Part shown: piece after piece, positions 1-12,000 of the stretch | How the letters are laid out: each line of letters begins with the position of its first letter | How positions within the stretch are numbered: the stretch's first letter is position 1 | Assembly: GCA_008632985.1 (NCBI GenBank) | Contig: QPGO01000006.1 | Location: 372,001-436,000 of the forward strand | Direction: 5' to 3' | DNA length: 64,000 nt | From: Psammoneis japonica | Lineage: Eukaryota | Program-made: the position numbers and the translations under genes | The notes under the pieces: model-generated | The model's database searches: none | Told to the model about the DNA's origin: nothing | Seen by the model: the letters and a program-made list of their open reading frames with translations, nothing else

Positions 1-250
1 GCTTTTGTTCTTGTTGGGTGTTGCGGACATCATTGCGTTTTCCGACGTCTACAAAGGATGGTTTCCTGACTGGCCTGGTGGATTGAATTTCCCCATTGGC
101 ATGTTTGCGGAACCCAATGGCAGCCCATTCAGTGTTCCTGACTGCTGGATCTAATGATCACAGAACAAATGTCATTTCGCCAAATGCAAAGTCCCAACCT
201 GTCGATGACACTTGATTCATCCACGGGGGGCAGCACTGACAAAGAAGCAG
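1..250 (+). repeat. Direct repeat copy A (partner at 2758-3023)
   Basis: Shares long identical blocks with copy B, e.g. acaaaggatggtttcctgactggcctggtggattgaatttccccattggcatgttt. Confidence 0.9.
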
Positions 251-1162
251 CACATGGACGATGCCGACCGCAAGCAGGCCAAAGTCGAACCCGGCTGCTG
301 CTCACTGGATGATGACTCTGTTGTCATTGCTCTTGAAAAAACACCTGACTTTTCTCTGACGTCCACGCTTGGCCTTGAGCATGTTGCCGACCCAGCGAAA
401 ATCGGTCGCTCTGTTGCTGTCCCTGCTAACGGCAACTGTGGGTGCCACGCTGTGCTGAAGGGACTGGAGGAGGCTAGCTCAATCAAAAAAGGCACTTGCA
501 ACAAGGACATGACTGGTTTCCGAAAACACATGCATGGTTTTGCTGCACAGAACTTTGAGGGCTTGTGCGGTTGGCCCTTGGATGATGGTGCAGGTGAGGA
601 CAGAGGTCTCTTGGCGGCTGCGTGCGATGGGAAAGTCATCGGGGAATTTGTTGTCGACAAGAGGAATGAGCACAATGCTGGTGCAAGCCGGAAAGATCGA
701 TTTCTAAAACTGCTTGCTTGCATCTGGAAGACTGGGATTGACTTCAATTCTGGTTGTGGCAAAGGTTGTTGGTGTGATGCGAGTGCATGCAGCACCATTG
801 TCGCTCTCAAGTGTGAGCAATTGATTGTCTGCCATGGAATGGGAAGCAACAAAAACACGTCCATGTGCCATCATTCCAATGGAAAAGTGCAGCTGTTGTT
901 TGTAAGAGACACTTGGCTCTCTCCTCCGGCCAATTCCATCACCACAACCCACGACGGCGGCGGCCATTTTGAACACTTAAGTCCAGCAAGTGCAAAAGGA
1001 AAGGCATGTTGTTGTGTGCTTGGCCAGAGTCATTTTCATTTTAAAAAAAGCAACCTCACAATTTACTCCCATTGTGCTTGCTTGCATCATTGGGACATTC
1101 TCGACTCCGGCCGTGAAGGATGTGGTTCCTGCCATTGCCACCAAAGCGAGCACCGAAGCTGA
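212..1162 (+). pseudogene. OTU-like cysteine protease remnant, probably transposon-borne
   Basis: VPANGNCGCHAV matches the OTU catalytic Cys box (typically V.GDGNC.Y.A). HDGGGHFEHL matches the His box. Only one Tyr in 316 aa. Confidence 0.6.
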
Positions 1163-1981
1163 CAACAATGAAAAGGCAGCGGTAAGTTTTGAGGTGTGCC
1201 ACAGTTCGTCATGCAGTGCAAGGCAATCCAACCATGTCATGTGCGAAATGAGTGCAGATTCAGCAGCAAGACTCGTTCCATTGCCGCAACAACTGAGCCA
1301 GCCTGCCGTCTCGGACTTGGGACTCACTCAGCATTCCATCCAAGCACCTTTTGGGACATTCGGCATTCCGTGGGAATGGAAGGCGGTCAAGGTTTCATTT
1401 CTGGTGGCCCGTCTGTCCGCCTGTCGGTTTTCGTGTCTCAAAGCCACAGAAAAATTGAAAATTTGGGTCGCGCGCATCACTCATCACAAACCGCACATGC
1501 CAATGGCGTCACTTTGGAGTCCTCATTTCGCGTCAACCACAGATTGAACCATGGGTGCACCATCTCCTGCTTCCACATTGTGGAGGACGAACAAGTTGCC
1601 GATTGATTTGGCCATTGGAGCCATTCGAAACATTGCCTCAAAGCTTCATCACCAGAAGACCACACTTCAAACTGATGCCGATGGCAGTGCCGGCAGCGAC
1701 ATCATGAGTGTCGACATTGTGCCCCCTCGACAGCAATTAAAAGTGGCTCTGGACGCCAATCTCATTGGCAACAGGCATCTTGGAGATCGCTCTCCATTTG
1801 ATCCCGATCAAGCCGTCATGCACATCGCCGAGGCGTTGTCCAGCATTCACGTTGATGTGGCAATTTTCGCCAATCATCCAACGGAACGCCATCCGTCAAA
1901 ACAAGCAACTTGCAAGTGAAGGGCTGACGCAGCAAAGGCTGGTGTACAACTGACAATGGCCCGCCCAGTTCCAACGTCACC

Positions 1982-2920
1982 TTGAGTTTCAGAGTCTCAA
2001 AGAAGAGGGGCCCACCAAGGGGGGCAAAAAAACTCGGCTCACCAACGGCCTTTTTGGGTCATCCCCAAGATGTCTGCATTGCCAATGTGGAGCAAATTGT
2101 CAACAATAAATTGACAGTCAAGCAAATGGTTGACAAGTTCTCCATGGAAGGCATTCACCTGGCTTTCAAAGGACATCTCAACTTGATGGCGTTTCAGCAA
2201 GCAAACAAGGATGATGCGATTTTTGACGCGTTCCAGCCCTAGGTGGGACTCCGTGTGACATTGGGCCCGTAGAATTCTACGTGCGAGCTCCGTAGTACGA
2301 GAATTTAATTAATGGATATAATTATCTTCAACATCAAATAAACGGCCAAGTTTGTGGTACAATTATGCCTCTTACCACTCGACGTTTTTGCAAATGCACC
2401 TGCCCTACGCGATTCTTAAGACATTATAGAATCGCGCTGTAACAAAAAATGTCAAAAGTTGTTGGACGGATCGCTCAATAAGTGTACCGTAAAATGACAC
2501 AAAATGTCAAAAAATCACGTAGAATTCTACGTGCGCGACATACGACGAGATTCAAAAAACTATCGATGTCACAGTTCAGTAGTACGAGGTCCCACCTAGA
2601 CCTGGAACGCGTCTTTTTACAGTTTTGCTCAAACTGCCAACAATGTTGGCCCAACAGTTGCTCAAGAGAAGATCAATGTCCTCAAGAGTGGGAACTTGGG
2701 AGCTTTGAAATCTGACTTGATTTTTTGCAAGGCTAAACAGTTCTCGGCTTTGTTTTTGCTTTTGTTCTTGTTTTGGGCGTTGCGGACGTTGTTGCTGCGT
2801 TTTCCGATGTGTCAGCACAAAGGATGGTTTCCTGACTGGCCTGGTGGATTGAATTTCCCCATTGGCATGTTTACGGAACCCAGTGGTGGCCCATTCAGCA
2901 TCCCTGACTGCTGGATCTGA
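1982..2920 (+). pseudogene. Hypothetical ORF interrupted by the 2225-2613 MITE
   Basis: Removing 2225-2613 plus one TTTT copy fuses ORF 1982.. (..KDDAIF) in frame via YSFAQTANNVGPTVAQEKINVLKSGNL to ORF 2696..2920 (GALKSDLIF..PDCWI*). Confidence 0.6.
2225..2613. mobile_element. MITE, 389 bp, 25-bp TIRs, 4-bp TSD (TTTT)
   Basis: gacgcgttccagccctaggtgggac (2225-2249) is the inverted copy of gtcccacctagacctggaacgcgtc (2589-2613), 23/25 match. T-runs flank both sides. The palindrome cgtagaattctacg occurs twice inside (2268, 2518). Confidence 0.85.
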
Positions 2921-3023
2921 TGATGCACAGAACACATTGTTTCGCCAAATGCAAAAGTCCCAACCTGTGTCGATGACACTTGATTCGTCCACGGGGGGCC
3001 AGTGCTGACAAAGAAGCACCACA
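2758..3023 (+). repeat. Direct repeat copy B (partner at 1-250)
   Basis: Aligns to 1-250; the differences are mostly transitions at TA/TG/CA/CG dinucleotides plus small indels. Confidence 0.9.
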
Positions 3024-3252
3024 CAGAAGAGACTACTAAAAAAATAGTTCAATGCACCACGGCAGTGTCCTTGCCTCCTGACGGAGTCTCTACTCCTGCT
3101 TAGACTGTTGTCAAGATAGATGAAAAGATAGAGTAGTGTGGGAAACCCGTTGCATCCCAAAATAACGAGTCACGAGTTGTTCCGGGACTCAACAAAAAGA
3201 CTCCCAGATGTGCGATATCCAGATAGTCGATAGTAGCGTTCTTGCCATTATC

Positions 3253-4509
3253 ATGCCAACTGATGCCAACTCTCTCGCCATGCAAGTTGTATCGAAAAAG
3301 AAAAAGGCTAGCTTCTTGTTTGTTTCTGTCACCTTTGCATGTCTGGTGCTGGCGTCGTCAATAGTCAGTATTTGGTGTGTGTTGTCAATTCAAAAGTTGG
3401 CAGACAGCTACGAGCACTATGGCAACGTTGCGCCAGTCTCCTTTGCTGGGTCTTACGAAATTCCACAAGACAAAGTTGCGGTTGAAGATGAAATGCTGAA
3501 ACCGATTTCAAATGCTTCTCTGACTGTGTTTGGCTTTTTGCGTATCCAGAAGACAGGAAGCTCCGCTTTGTTGAGCTTTCTCGGTCTAAGCTCTGGATTG
3601 CTCTCCTGGGACAAGTATATATACAATGCAAGCGAGTATGTTCACTCTGAGAGCATCCCGAAAACAGTGTTTTGTGTTTACGGCAATGCCAAGGGTTTGA
3701 CAGAGGACTATTTTCGACGTAATCCGAATGATGGGGAGAATGTGTTTGTTATTGGACCTCCCAGTCTTAGCGTGGTTCCTGATTGCCAGCACTTCAGTTA
3801 CGACAGTCTCGTCGTACACTGGGAAAGAACGCGTCCATATGTGAACCCTCCAGCGCGGAACTTCTCATTACAGGTATTCACGATTGTCCGCGATCCCTAT
3901 GAGCGACTGAGATCCGTGTTTTATTACGTTGCAGAACGTACTCGGACAAACTTCTGGAAAGAAATGTTTACGGACGACCAATATGAACGGCTTTGCTCAT
4001 TCGACATTGACGGATGGCTACGACTACTTCATACTCACGATGGATACCGTCTCAATTCGACTCGCAAGTGGCGTCGAATTGATCTACCGTATCAGTTTTC
4101 AATGCTAAACGAAGATCCAAACAAGGCTATTTCTATGATACAAGGTGAGACTCCTCAAGTTTTAATTCTTTTGCAAGAATGCTTTGAAGAATCGCTTCGA
4201 TTTCTCGAATACAAGTTCAACCTTGATCCGGGCGTTGTCGATAACTTTACAAATCATGTAATGTTTGACGCCAACACCAACTACGCAGCGAGACAGAATG
4301 TGTCTCTCAATAATGTGTCTCACGAGACTACATTACGGAACAGAGCAAAGCATTGGTTTTACAGAGACTACATGTTTTACAATGCCTCGGTGGAGCAATT
4401 TCGGTATCAAATACAGTCAATCAATCTTGATCCTTCCATCTTGAAGAACCCGTGCGATCTTTTGTGGGGAAATAGTTCTAGTGACAAGAGCATTTTTTCA
4501 GATGAGTGA
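3253..4509 (+). CDS. Golgi-type (type II membrane) sulfotransferase
   Basis: N-terminal TM helix after KKKK. 5'-PSB-like FLRIQKTGSSAL and 3'-PB-like FTIVRDPYERLRSVFYY. Start could be slightly different. Confidence 0.8.
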   Translation: MPTDANSLAMQVVSKKKKASFLFVSVTFACLVLASSIVSIWCVLSIQKLADSYEHYGNVAPVSFAGSYEIPQDKVAVEDEMLKPISNASLTVFGFLRIQKTGSSALLSFLGLSSGLLSWDKYIYNASEYVHSESIPKTVFCVYGNAKGLTEDYFRRNPNDGENVFVIGPPSLSVVPDCQHFSYDSLVVHWERTRPYVNPPARNFSLQVFTIVRDPYERLRSVFYYVAERTRTNFWKEMFTDDQYERLCSFDIDGWLRLLHTHDGYRLNSTRKWRRIDLPYQFSMLNEDPNKAISMIQGETPQVLILLQECFEESLRFLEYKFNLDPGVVDNFTNHVMFDANTNYAARQNVSLNNVSHETTLRNRAKHWFYRDYMFYNASVEQFRYQIQSINLDPSILKNPCDLLWGNSSSDKSIFSDE

Positions 4510-4753
4510 AAGAAGTATTAATATTGGCGGGACATGGATGCCAGTCCTTCGAAACAGTTTCTCAGGCATACTTCCTTCAAGCTCGATTGTTAGTCACGAT
4601 AGACACAAATTAAGAGTAATCCGTTGAACTATCCTGTTCGATTCCATGTTTTTCAGTTTCCTGACTCCTGATTTCTGATTCCACGCGCAGGTTCGCGCAA
4701 AGCGTTCTTTGAGTTTTTGGCGCAACCTCGCTATTTCTCTCAAACTCCTCTCC

Positions 4754-5350
4754 ATGACAACATTTATGATGCCACCGCTGCTTATTCACATGGATGCCTT
4801 GCTGTTGGCCATGGCGTCATCGACGGATAATTTTACTGTTGGTTTTTCGGTAGGAATTGTTGGACAAGCGTTGCCTCTATGGGCCAACATGTTTATCGCT
4901 GCGTGCAACGCGGCGGGTGCGTTTTTTGCGTCTCATGTTGGAACAAGCATGGCCAAGACGGTTCCAACAACAAGCCTAGCACCATTCTTGGCGGCTGTTG
5001 CATTTGGATATTTGGCGTTTCAAGAATACAAAGAGTATCGTTGTAACATAGAGAAGAAGGAGGGAAAAAGCAACAAACCGAGAATTCTATGCAAGGAAAA
5101 CGTGATGGGATTAGCCTTGCCCATGACGTTCAACAATCTTGCGGGCGGTGTGGCCGGTGGTGCGGTGGGCATGTCCCCCATCTTGTCGGCTCTATATGCA
5201 CTGTTTGCTTCTATAGTGACAATGGCAATCGGACACTATCTCGGACAGCGTCTTGGAAAACAAACGAAATGGATAAATCCAACTCTCTGCTCGTCCCTCT
5301 TGTTGGGAGCATTGTGCGTGTTGACACTCCTGGAAAGCATGCCGTTTTGA
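4754..5350 (+). CDS. MntP/YtaF-like membrane protein (putative Mn2+ efflux family)
   Basis: Several TM helices with the two half-repeats LLAMASSTDNFTVGFSVG and LALPMTFNNLAGGVAGG. Start may be 4790. Confidence 0.7.
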   Translation: MTTFMMPPLLIHMDALLLAMASSTDNFTVGFSVGIVGQALPLWANMFIAACNAAGAFFASHVGTSMAKTVPTTSLAPFLAAVAFGYLAFQEYKEYRCNIEKKEGKSNKPRILCKENVMGLALPMTFNNLAGGVAGGAVGMSPILSALYALFASIVTMAIGHYLGQRLGKQTKWINPTLCSSLLLGALCVLTLLESMPF

Positions 5351-6098
5351 TGAACAAAGTGGAAGAAGCTATTCAATTCGGTGCCAACAAACCTATTGCC
5401 TTGTTGATATGAATCCATTGCAAGAGTTTGAACTTTTGTACAGGAAACGAGAGACCACGCATACACAACTATTTACAGAATTAATTATTACAGATTGATC
5501 ATCCAAAGAAAAGAGATGACAGTAATCCATGTTTGCGGGGTAGGTCGTGGTACTCGTAGAAGGGCGCAGAGTGTTTCTCAATGGAGTTGGAGACGTCGGC
5601 GACGGCAGGCTTGGTCTCTAGGTGTAGAACTTGGAGTTGGAGGTTGGGAAGTAGAACCCGTTGATAGTTGGGATGCGCATTGGGAATCTATGGCAAAGTG
5701 TGACACAAACTAGCAGTCAAATTCCTTAAAAGGGTCCTCCACCGACGTGAAACAGGAGCACACGGCCGATGTGATGGTCAAAACCTTTGGCGGTGGCTCG
5801 TTGCCATACCTCCCCCACACTACTGTACGTCATAATATTTTTTTACTCCATAAAATTCATAGTGAAGATCTAATCCTTTTATCAAATCTTACCTGTAAAT
5901 AAATAAACAACGATCGTTTTGGCGAGAACTGCTAATCGCCGAGGTCATTGCCCATCCCATCAGCTCTATTTCAGTGCTAGCCCTAGCTAGAGCACGGACG
6001 CAAGGTATGGATAGAATGCATGCCCAAATTGGTGTAGCACCCTGCACTACAATTGCATTGGTGATGACGATGTGATGTCATTCAGCACAATCCATCAT

Positions 6099-9000
6099 TT
6101 ACTTTACCGGTCTGCGCATGTTGCAGTTTTTGCATAGTTGCTTTTCTTCGTAATTTTGCACCAAGTTGTTGTACTGATCTGAGTTCCAAATATCCAACAA
6201 GCACGTCTCTTTGTCAGAGATGTTCCCAAACCTACCAAGGCTGAGACGTTGCTCGTCAGGAGCGCAACACGGATCAAACCTACCGCTGTGATTCACCCAG
6301 GCTTCTCGACCTAAAAACGGACAGACGGTGTCTACGTCGTCATTAACCGCAGAATGATCCGATTCTTCATGCGGGACGCCCAAGTCCTCAAAGTTCTCAA
6401 GTCGGAATGGTTTGCCACTGGGCCGGCTGCGCTCAGATGCAATCTCTCGACATTTGCTGGCAATAGCATTCCATCGATTTACGCTATCCTTGCTACGCCG
6501 TAAGTTCTCATCCTTGATTTCTCGAAAATGAGCCCAGAGATGATGTCCTTTCACCCTGTCGCAGTCTTCATCGATGGCGAACTTTACCAGGTCTGGGATC
6601 TCCTCCAGATTAACTTCCATGAATGTCAGCTGCAACGTTACAGAACAATAATTTCCTCCATCTTGCTTCGCAATGTCATTCCGAATTTCAATAAACTTTC
6701 GCAAATTTTCAATCTGTTTATCCAAATTTGATCCCTTCATTATCTTTTCCTGTGTTTCCTGTGTTATCCCATTCCAGCTGATCTTAACGTCGGACCCAAC
6801 AGGAATCACTTTCGGGGCCCAGTACTCGACACCACCGTTATAAAAATGACCCATTCGTTGTCAAGTTCAACTTGACGCCATGTTCATGACAGAGGCTTAG
6901 AATACCGGGGAAATCTTTGTAGTACAAAGGTTCACCCATAGTCGAGGGAATGATTTCTTTCAGGCCTTTCGGAGCTAAGTCAGCCACCGTATTTCGGATT
7001 ATTTCGAAATCCATACGGCGTTTACGAATTTTGTCCCTTTTACGCCGTTCCTGGTGAGGGCTGAATTCAGAGTGCTGCTCACACATTGTGCAGCTGAAAT
7101 TGCAATCGTCAGGATTGGTATCGAAAGTAACCCTCCACGGAACTAGTAAGGGGTCAATCGAATGCCGCTTGGATTCTTGAGTGGCATCGCTTGCGCATGC
7201 GACTTCTGAGTTCACCCTTGCATATGCTGCTGTATACCAGCTGCTAGCTGTAGCCCTCGCAATAGCACTGCGGCTATCCTTTCTTTGTAAAGTTTCAAAC
7301 AGATCCAATAAAAAGTCTGTGTGCTGCTCGATACAGGGGATTTGTCCATCGGGGCTGTAGAGATAACCTCGTTCTCCAAGATACCTCATTCCTGTTGGTT
7401 GCTCTACAGCCTTTCCCATTGCCTCGGCGAGAGAATCTGCATCGCGGTGTTGAAAAGTCAAACCATTCACGGCATCTTTTACAAGCTCGCCCATTCCACC
7501 GAAAGATGAGGTTATAACGGGTACATGGGCCTGCTGAGCTTCATGAATAACCAATGGACTATTTTCTTCCCAGATTGATGGCACAACGAGACAATCAATG
7601 CCATTGAACACCTTGCTGACAATGTCCTTGTTGACATATTCCGGTTCCCAGGAAAAGATATCCCCCGCACGAGAGTCGGGACACTCCGTGATCATTCTTT
7701 GAAGTGATTGAGATGAATTTGCCTCCTGTCGACCAAATATCTTCACACGAAATGGAATCTCGTCGTTGCTGTTGCTTTCGCTGGTCTTCGTGACCTTCAG
7801 CAACTTCAAAGCAGCTTCAACCAGGAGATTGATGCCCTTTCCTGGCTGATGGCGTCCAATATATGCGAAAGTATATGGGCTATTTTTCTCAGTAGAAATG
7901 GACTCGAGAGGGATGTCCAGAGGCGTGCTTGATGATGTGGCCTCGTCGCGATGCTTCCGGTTCGCCAAGCGTTCCCGAAAGAAACCATATGGCTCAACGA
8001 TGACTTTGTCGTCTGGAAGAGAAAATTCGTGGACAAATTTGTTGCGAAGGCGCTGCGAAGGCGCGATGAAGGCATCAATATGCTCACAAGCATTTCTAGT
8101 TGCTTCCATTCTCGACGCTATCCAAGACGTCCAGTACCGGTGGTCTTCGTCGTCTTGAGCGATAGAATTGTTGTCAAGTCCTGTGCCGTATCTGCCGGCG
8201 TAGCAATGACGCGCGCACTTGTCATTCTCTTGGCCGTCACAGAGTTTCCACGTGTGACTCCGAGCTGGTCCTGTCTGCAGGAATTGTCCCCGTGGACACA
8301 TCAGCCAGAAATCGTGTAAAGTATATAGAACTTTGGCACCAGCAGCTTTGGAAACAGAGGGTAGGTTGAGCGATAGGTGGTTCAAGTGATGCAAATGCAC
8401 AATGTCCGGCTTCACCGTGTCGACCACTTCCAGAAAAGCCCTGTCGACGTCTTCCGAAAGGAATCTGAAATAAGGGGCCTCGCGGGAGTAGTTCATGCGG
8501 AATACCGGAAGCTCGCTATCCAGCTGATCGACTGTCCTTCGGATCTCAAAGTCAGGCCGGTACGGGTCGTGCTCACGAGCAAATACATGAACACTCTCAC
8601 ACTCGCCAGAATTCTTCAGTTGCAATGCGACCATTTGCGCGTAAACCTCACTGCCGCCGTTAAAGTCTGGCGGGTAACCGTGATTGACTACCAAAACCCG
8701 AGGCTTTGGTTTGTTTCCATGATTACGCCCAAGAGTAGAGAAGTGCCGACGAAGAACTCCATGATACGTTGCTGGGCCAGATGTTCCTCTTCTCAGAGTA
8801 CACGTGAGTCCGGTTCTGGTGTGGTAACGTTCCTGAAGCTGCTCAAATCGCGAGGAATCCTGCAAAAACGGATCACCCACAAGAGCTACGACTGCTCCAC
8901 CGCCGCCTCCTCCGGATATTTTAGCGCCAATTGCCCCATGTGTACGAAGTTCGTCAACAAGAAAGGATGTTGCATCTGTGTCAAGTCCGCACGCTTTGTA

Positions 9001-12000
9001 TCCAGCATGTGTCTGCGCCATAAGTTCACCCAATATCCGCAAGCCCGGTTCCAGAGGAATCGCATAGTTGTGTACGCCTCGAAGTATATTTTCGAAAACA
9101 TGTACTCTGTGGTTCTCTTCGATAGGAAAGGATGTGGCGGCTCGAACTGGGAACGTAACCTTAGATTCCACGTCACAAAAATCGAAACCCCCTGGAAACT
9201 GGGCTCGTATCTCACCAGAAGACATGGCTTCAGGCAGGTAACCTTTGTATTTTGTGAGTTGAGAAGGAGTCATGTCGCAAAGGTACTGTATCTCTTGTTT
9301 GCTGATCTTTTCTAGGGCGGCTTTGCCCACAGCAGCGCCAACCCGGACGGATTCGTAAGCAGTTGATGCTGTGGACCGTTTCACTCCGGATTCCAAAGCA
9401 ACCACGTGAAGCCCTTCAGGCAAAGGGAGACTGTATGTGGATGCATCCGAAACAGGCAGCCGGCATTGGACTTTCACAAGAGGGTATTCAATCGTTTTTG
9501 TCCCCGGCTGGGTCACGGCAAGTTGATCTAGAATGCCGCAAGGTGCTCCAACTACGTTATTCTCAACTTCTTTGCACATCATCGACACCGAATGCGGCTC
9601 TAACATATCTGGAGGCAGTTGTAACGCGTTACCGAGCGAAATAGCAGTTGCAACTTCAACTGCTGCTGACGAAGCCAAACCTGTGTTCCACGGAAGATCG
9701 CTGATTGTGACGACGGTGAAATCTCTTCCTTGTGGAAACTTGCCCACTTCTGAGCTTTGCAGGATTTGATGAAGTATTCCTGTAAGTACAATCCCCAACG
9801 ATCAACTACATCAGACGTAATGAACTTTTCAGACAGGGAAGCTCTTAACTCAGCGTCGGTTTTCAGTCGACCCATTGCATCAAACAGTTCCATGGTGGAG
9901 ACAGAAGTCTCGCGCACTTTGAAGTCTCCCGTAGCAATAGCTCTTGGCATCTCAGAGAGCTTGTCCACGTGCATACACGCTAGACGAACTGTACCATGCG
10001 CCTCTCCACCGACACTGTCTTTGACAACAGACATTGCCACCACCCGCTCTGCTGTGGGGTGCTGAATGGCTTCGCTCCCTGAGTGGTCTGCAAAACCACA
10101 CATCAGATCCATGCGACCTGGAGAGCTACTGATATGTATCTCGTCGGAGACAGAGCCGCTGCCGTCGTCTGTGGAAAACAAGACGTGTCGCAATGTAGCT
10201 GGAATATGGGCGCTGTTTTCTCGTTGGACCGCACCCACACAACGCAGGATTTCGTCCCTGTCTTGAAGCTCCAGAAAGGCTACCGTCGACCGATCAGGAG
10301 GTCGGTAAAGACTTTCATTATTTGCAATAGTTTGTAGAGATGTGAAATAAGCCTTGGGGTTTCCGATGTCAAGGCGGTGTCCATCAATTAGACAACCAAA
10401 TAAGAATCCATTGTTCTGAAGTGACTCTCGAAGAACTTTTCGTAGATCAACTTCGTCAGGATCAGCGATCGCATGCTTTTCGTTCTGTAGAAGAGTGAAA
10501 ATAGAAGGAGGCAATATTTCAATACCCTGTGACGGAAACGAATAACATACGTAAGATACCAAACAGAGAATTCACTCAGCACAAAAAGGTACATCACGAG
10601 ACCAACTCTGTAAAACTGACCAATTGCGATATGTATTTCGACGAGTCAGCCGCAGTCACCCGAAATGATTCGTAGTCCGATTTCGGTTTTTCGATCATCT
10701 GGTGAACCAGCCATGGACTACCTACTCGGTACGAAGACTGCTCGCTACGCAGCAGTCCAGTATGCGCCACTTCAGATTCCATACAGAGCGCGGCACCAGT
10801 CAAAACAGTATTGCGCCATCCACTGAAACTTGAGTTCGCGGGTAGCTCTTGATAAGCTGCAAGCATATTTTTGACACAATCGGCAGAAAAAACATGGTCC
10901 CCTAGTGCTAGCACAAAAGGCTCATCGCCAATGGTTTGCTCCGCCGCCAGAACGGCATCTCCAAATCCTCTTGCTGTGTGCTGCGTGACTATTTGTAATT
11001 TCACTTCCTTGCTCCCAGTGGCATGCTGCTGCCGACTGTACTCCTGCAAAAACGCCTCTAGCAATGGGATCTGTGGGGGAGTCGACACAATATATACTTG
11101 ATCAACAGTATGAGAAGCGTCACGAAACTGATCAAGAATAAATGACAAAGCAGGTCGAATTTCCCACATCGCCGACAGAGAATCTGCACCATTCATTTTA
11201 GGCCCGCGTGAAATGATCGGAAGCAGAGCTTTGGGGGTAATAGAGGATTGCGGGGCCATTCTGGTACCCAATCCTCCTGCCGTAATGACGGCTTTTCGGA
11301 CCGTCGGAACTGTTGCCGCTTCAATTAAATGAGACGGCGAAACGTCGTCGAGGGTTCGAAAGCTATTGCCATCTTCGGTTTTCACCGATGCTGGAGCTGT
11401 CTTAGTCAGCATGTACATCTCGTGTCCATTGAAATGTTCGCGACCAGCAATTTGCCATCCAGACGATGTAAATAGGTGATCCCACTGCTCGGGATTACGT
11501 TCGCGTGATCCCTGAAGTGCGAACATGTGCAACGACAGCAAAGCATGCAGTTTGTTTGGTGTAGAAACACGATCGACCACACAAACACGTGCATCGTCAG
11601 GGCTTAAGGAATGAAGACGGTCAAGGATTGCGGTTGCTCTGTGGTCGGGCCAGTCGTGCAATACCCGCGACATCAGATACAGGTCAGCTTGTTGCAACTT
11701 TCCATCAAACAGATCTCCAACTTTGTATTTTATAATGTCGCTCGGGTCGACTGACTGATGCGCTTGTGCATTTGAATGCGTAGACGAGGAAGCTGCCGAC
11801 CCTTGGGAGGAAAGTGCGTTTTCAACAACTTCAGGGCGATCGACGCAAATGAATTCTTCTGTGTCTTCGAAGAGCCCACTACCCCGCACCTCTCTCAAGA
11901 GTGATCCGTAGCCTCCGCCCATATCGACGATCGTACGAATATCTTCATTCCGGCCATTCAGCAATTTTGACAGTACTACGCCAGCTCCTTGCCAATCAGT

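Larger units (their letters stand above)
1..3025 (+). mobile_element. Degenerate TpA-depleted repeat/transposon relic (continues left of the window), carrying an OTU-protease remnant and an inserted MITE
   Basis: TA dinucleotides are very rare and the ORFs are Cys/His-rich and almost Tyr-free. Segment 1-250 is repeated at 2758-3023. Normal composition resumes at ~3030. Confidence 0.65.

Noticed and set aside
6838..9798. Programmed ribosomal frameshifting or pseudogenisation of the megaprotein
   Set aside because: Similar 1-nt indels, often in homopolymers, break unrelated genes (~18088, ~27790, ~28390, ~53200, 58340-63750). Assembly error is the simpler explanation.
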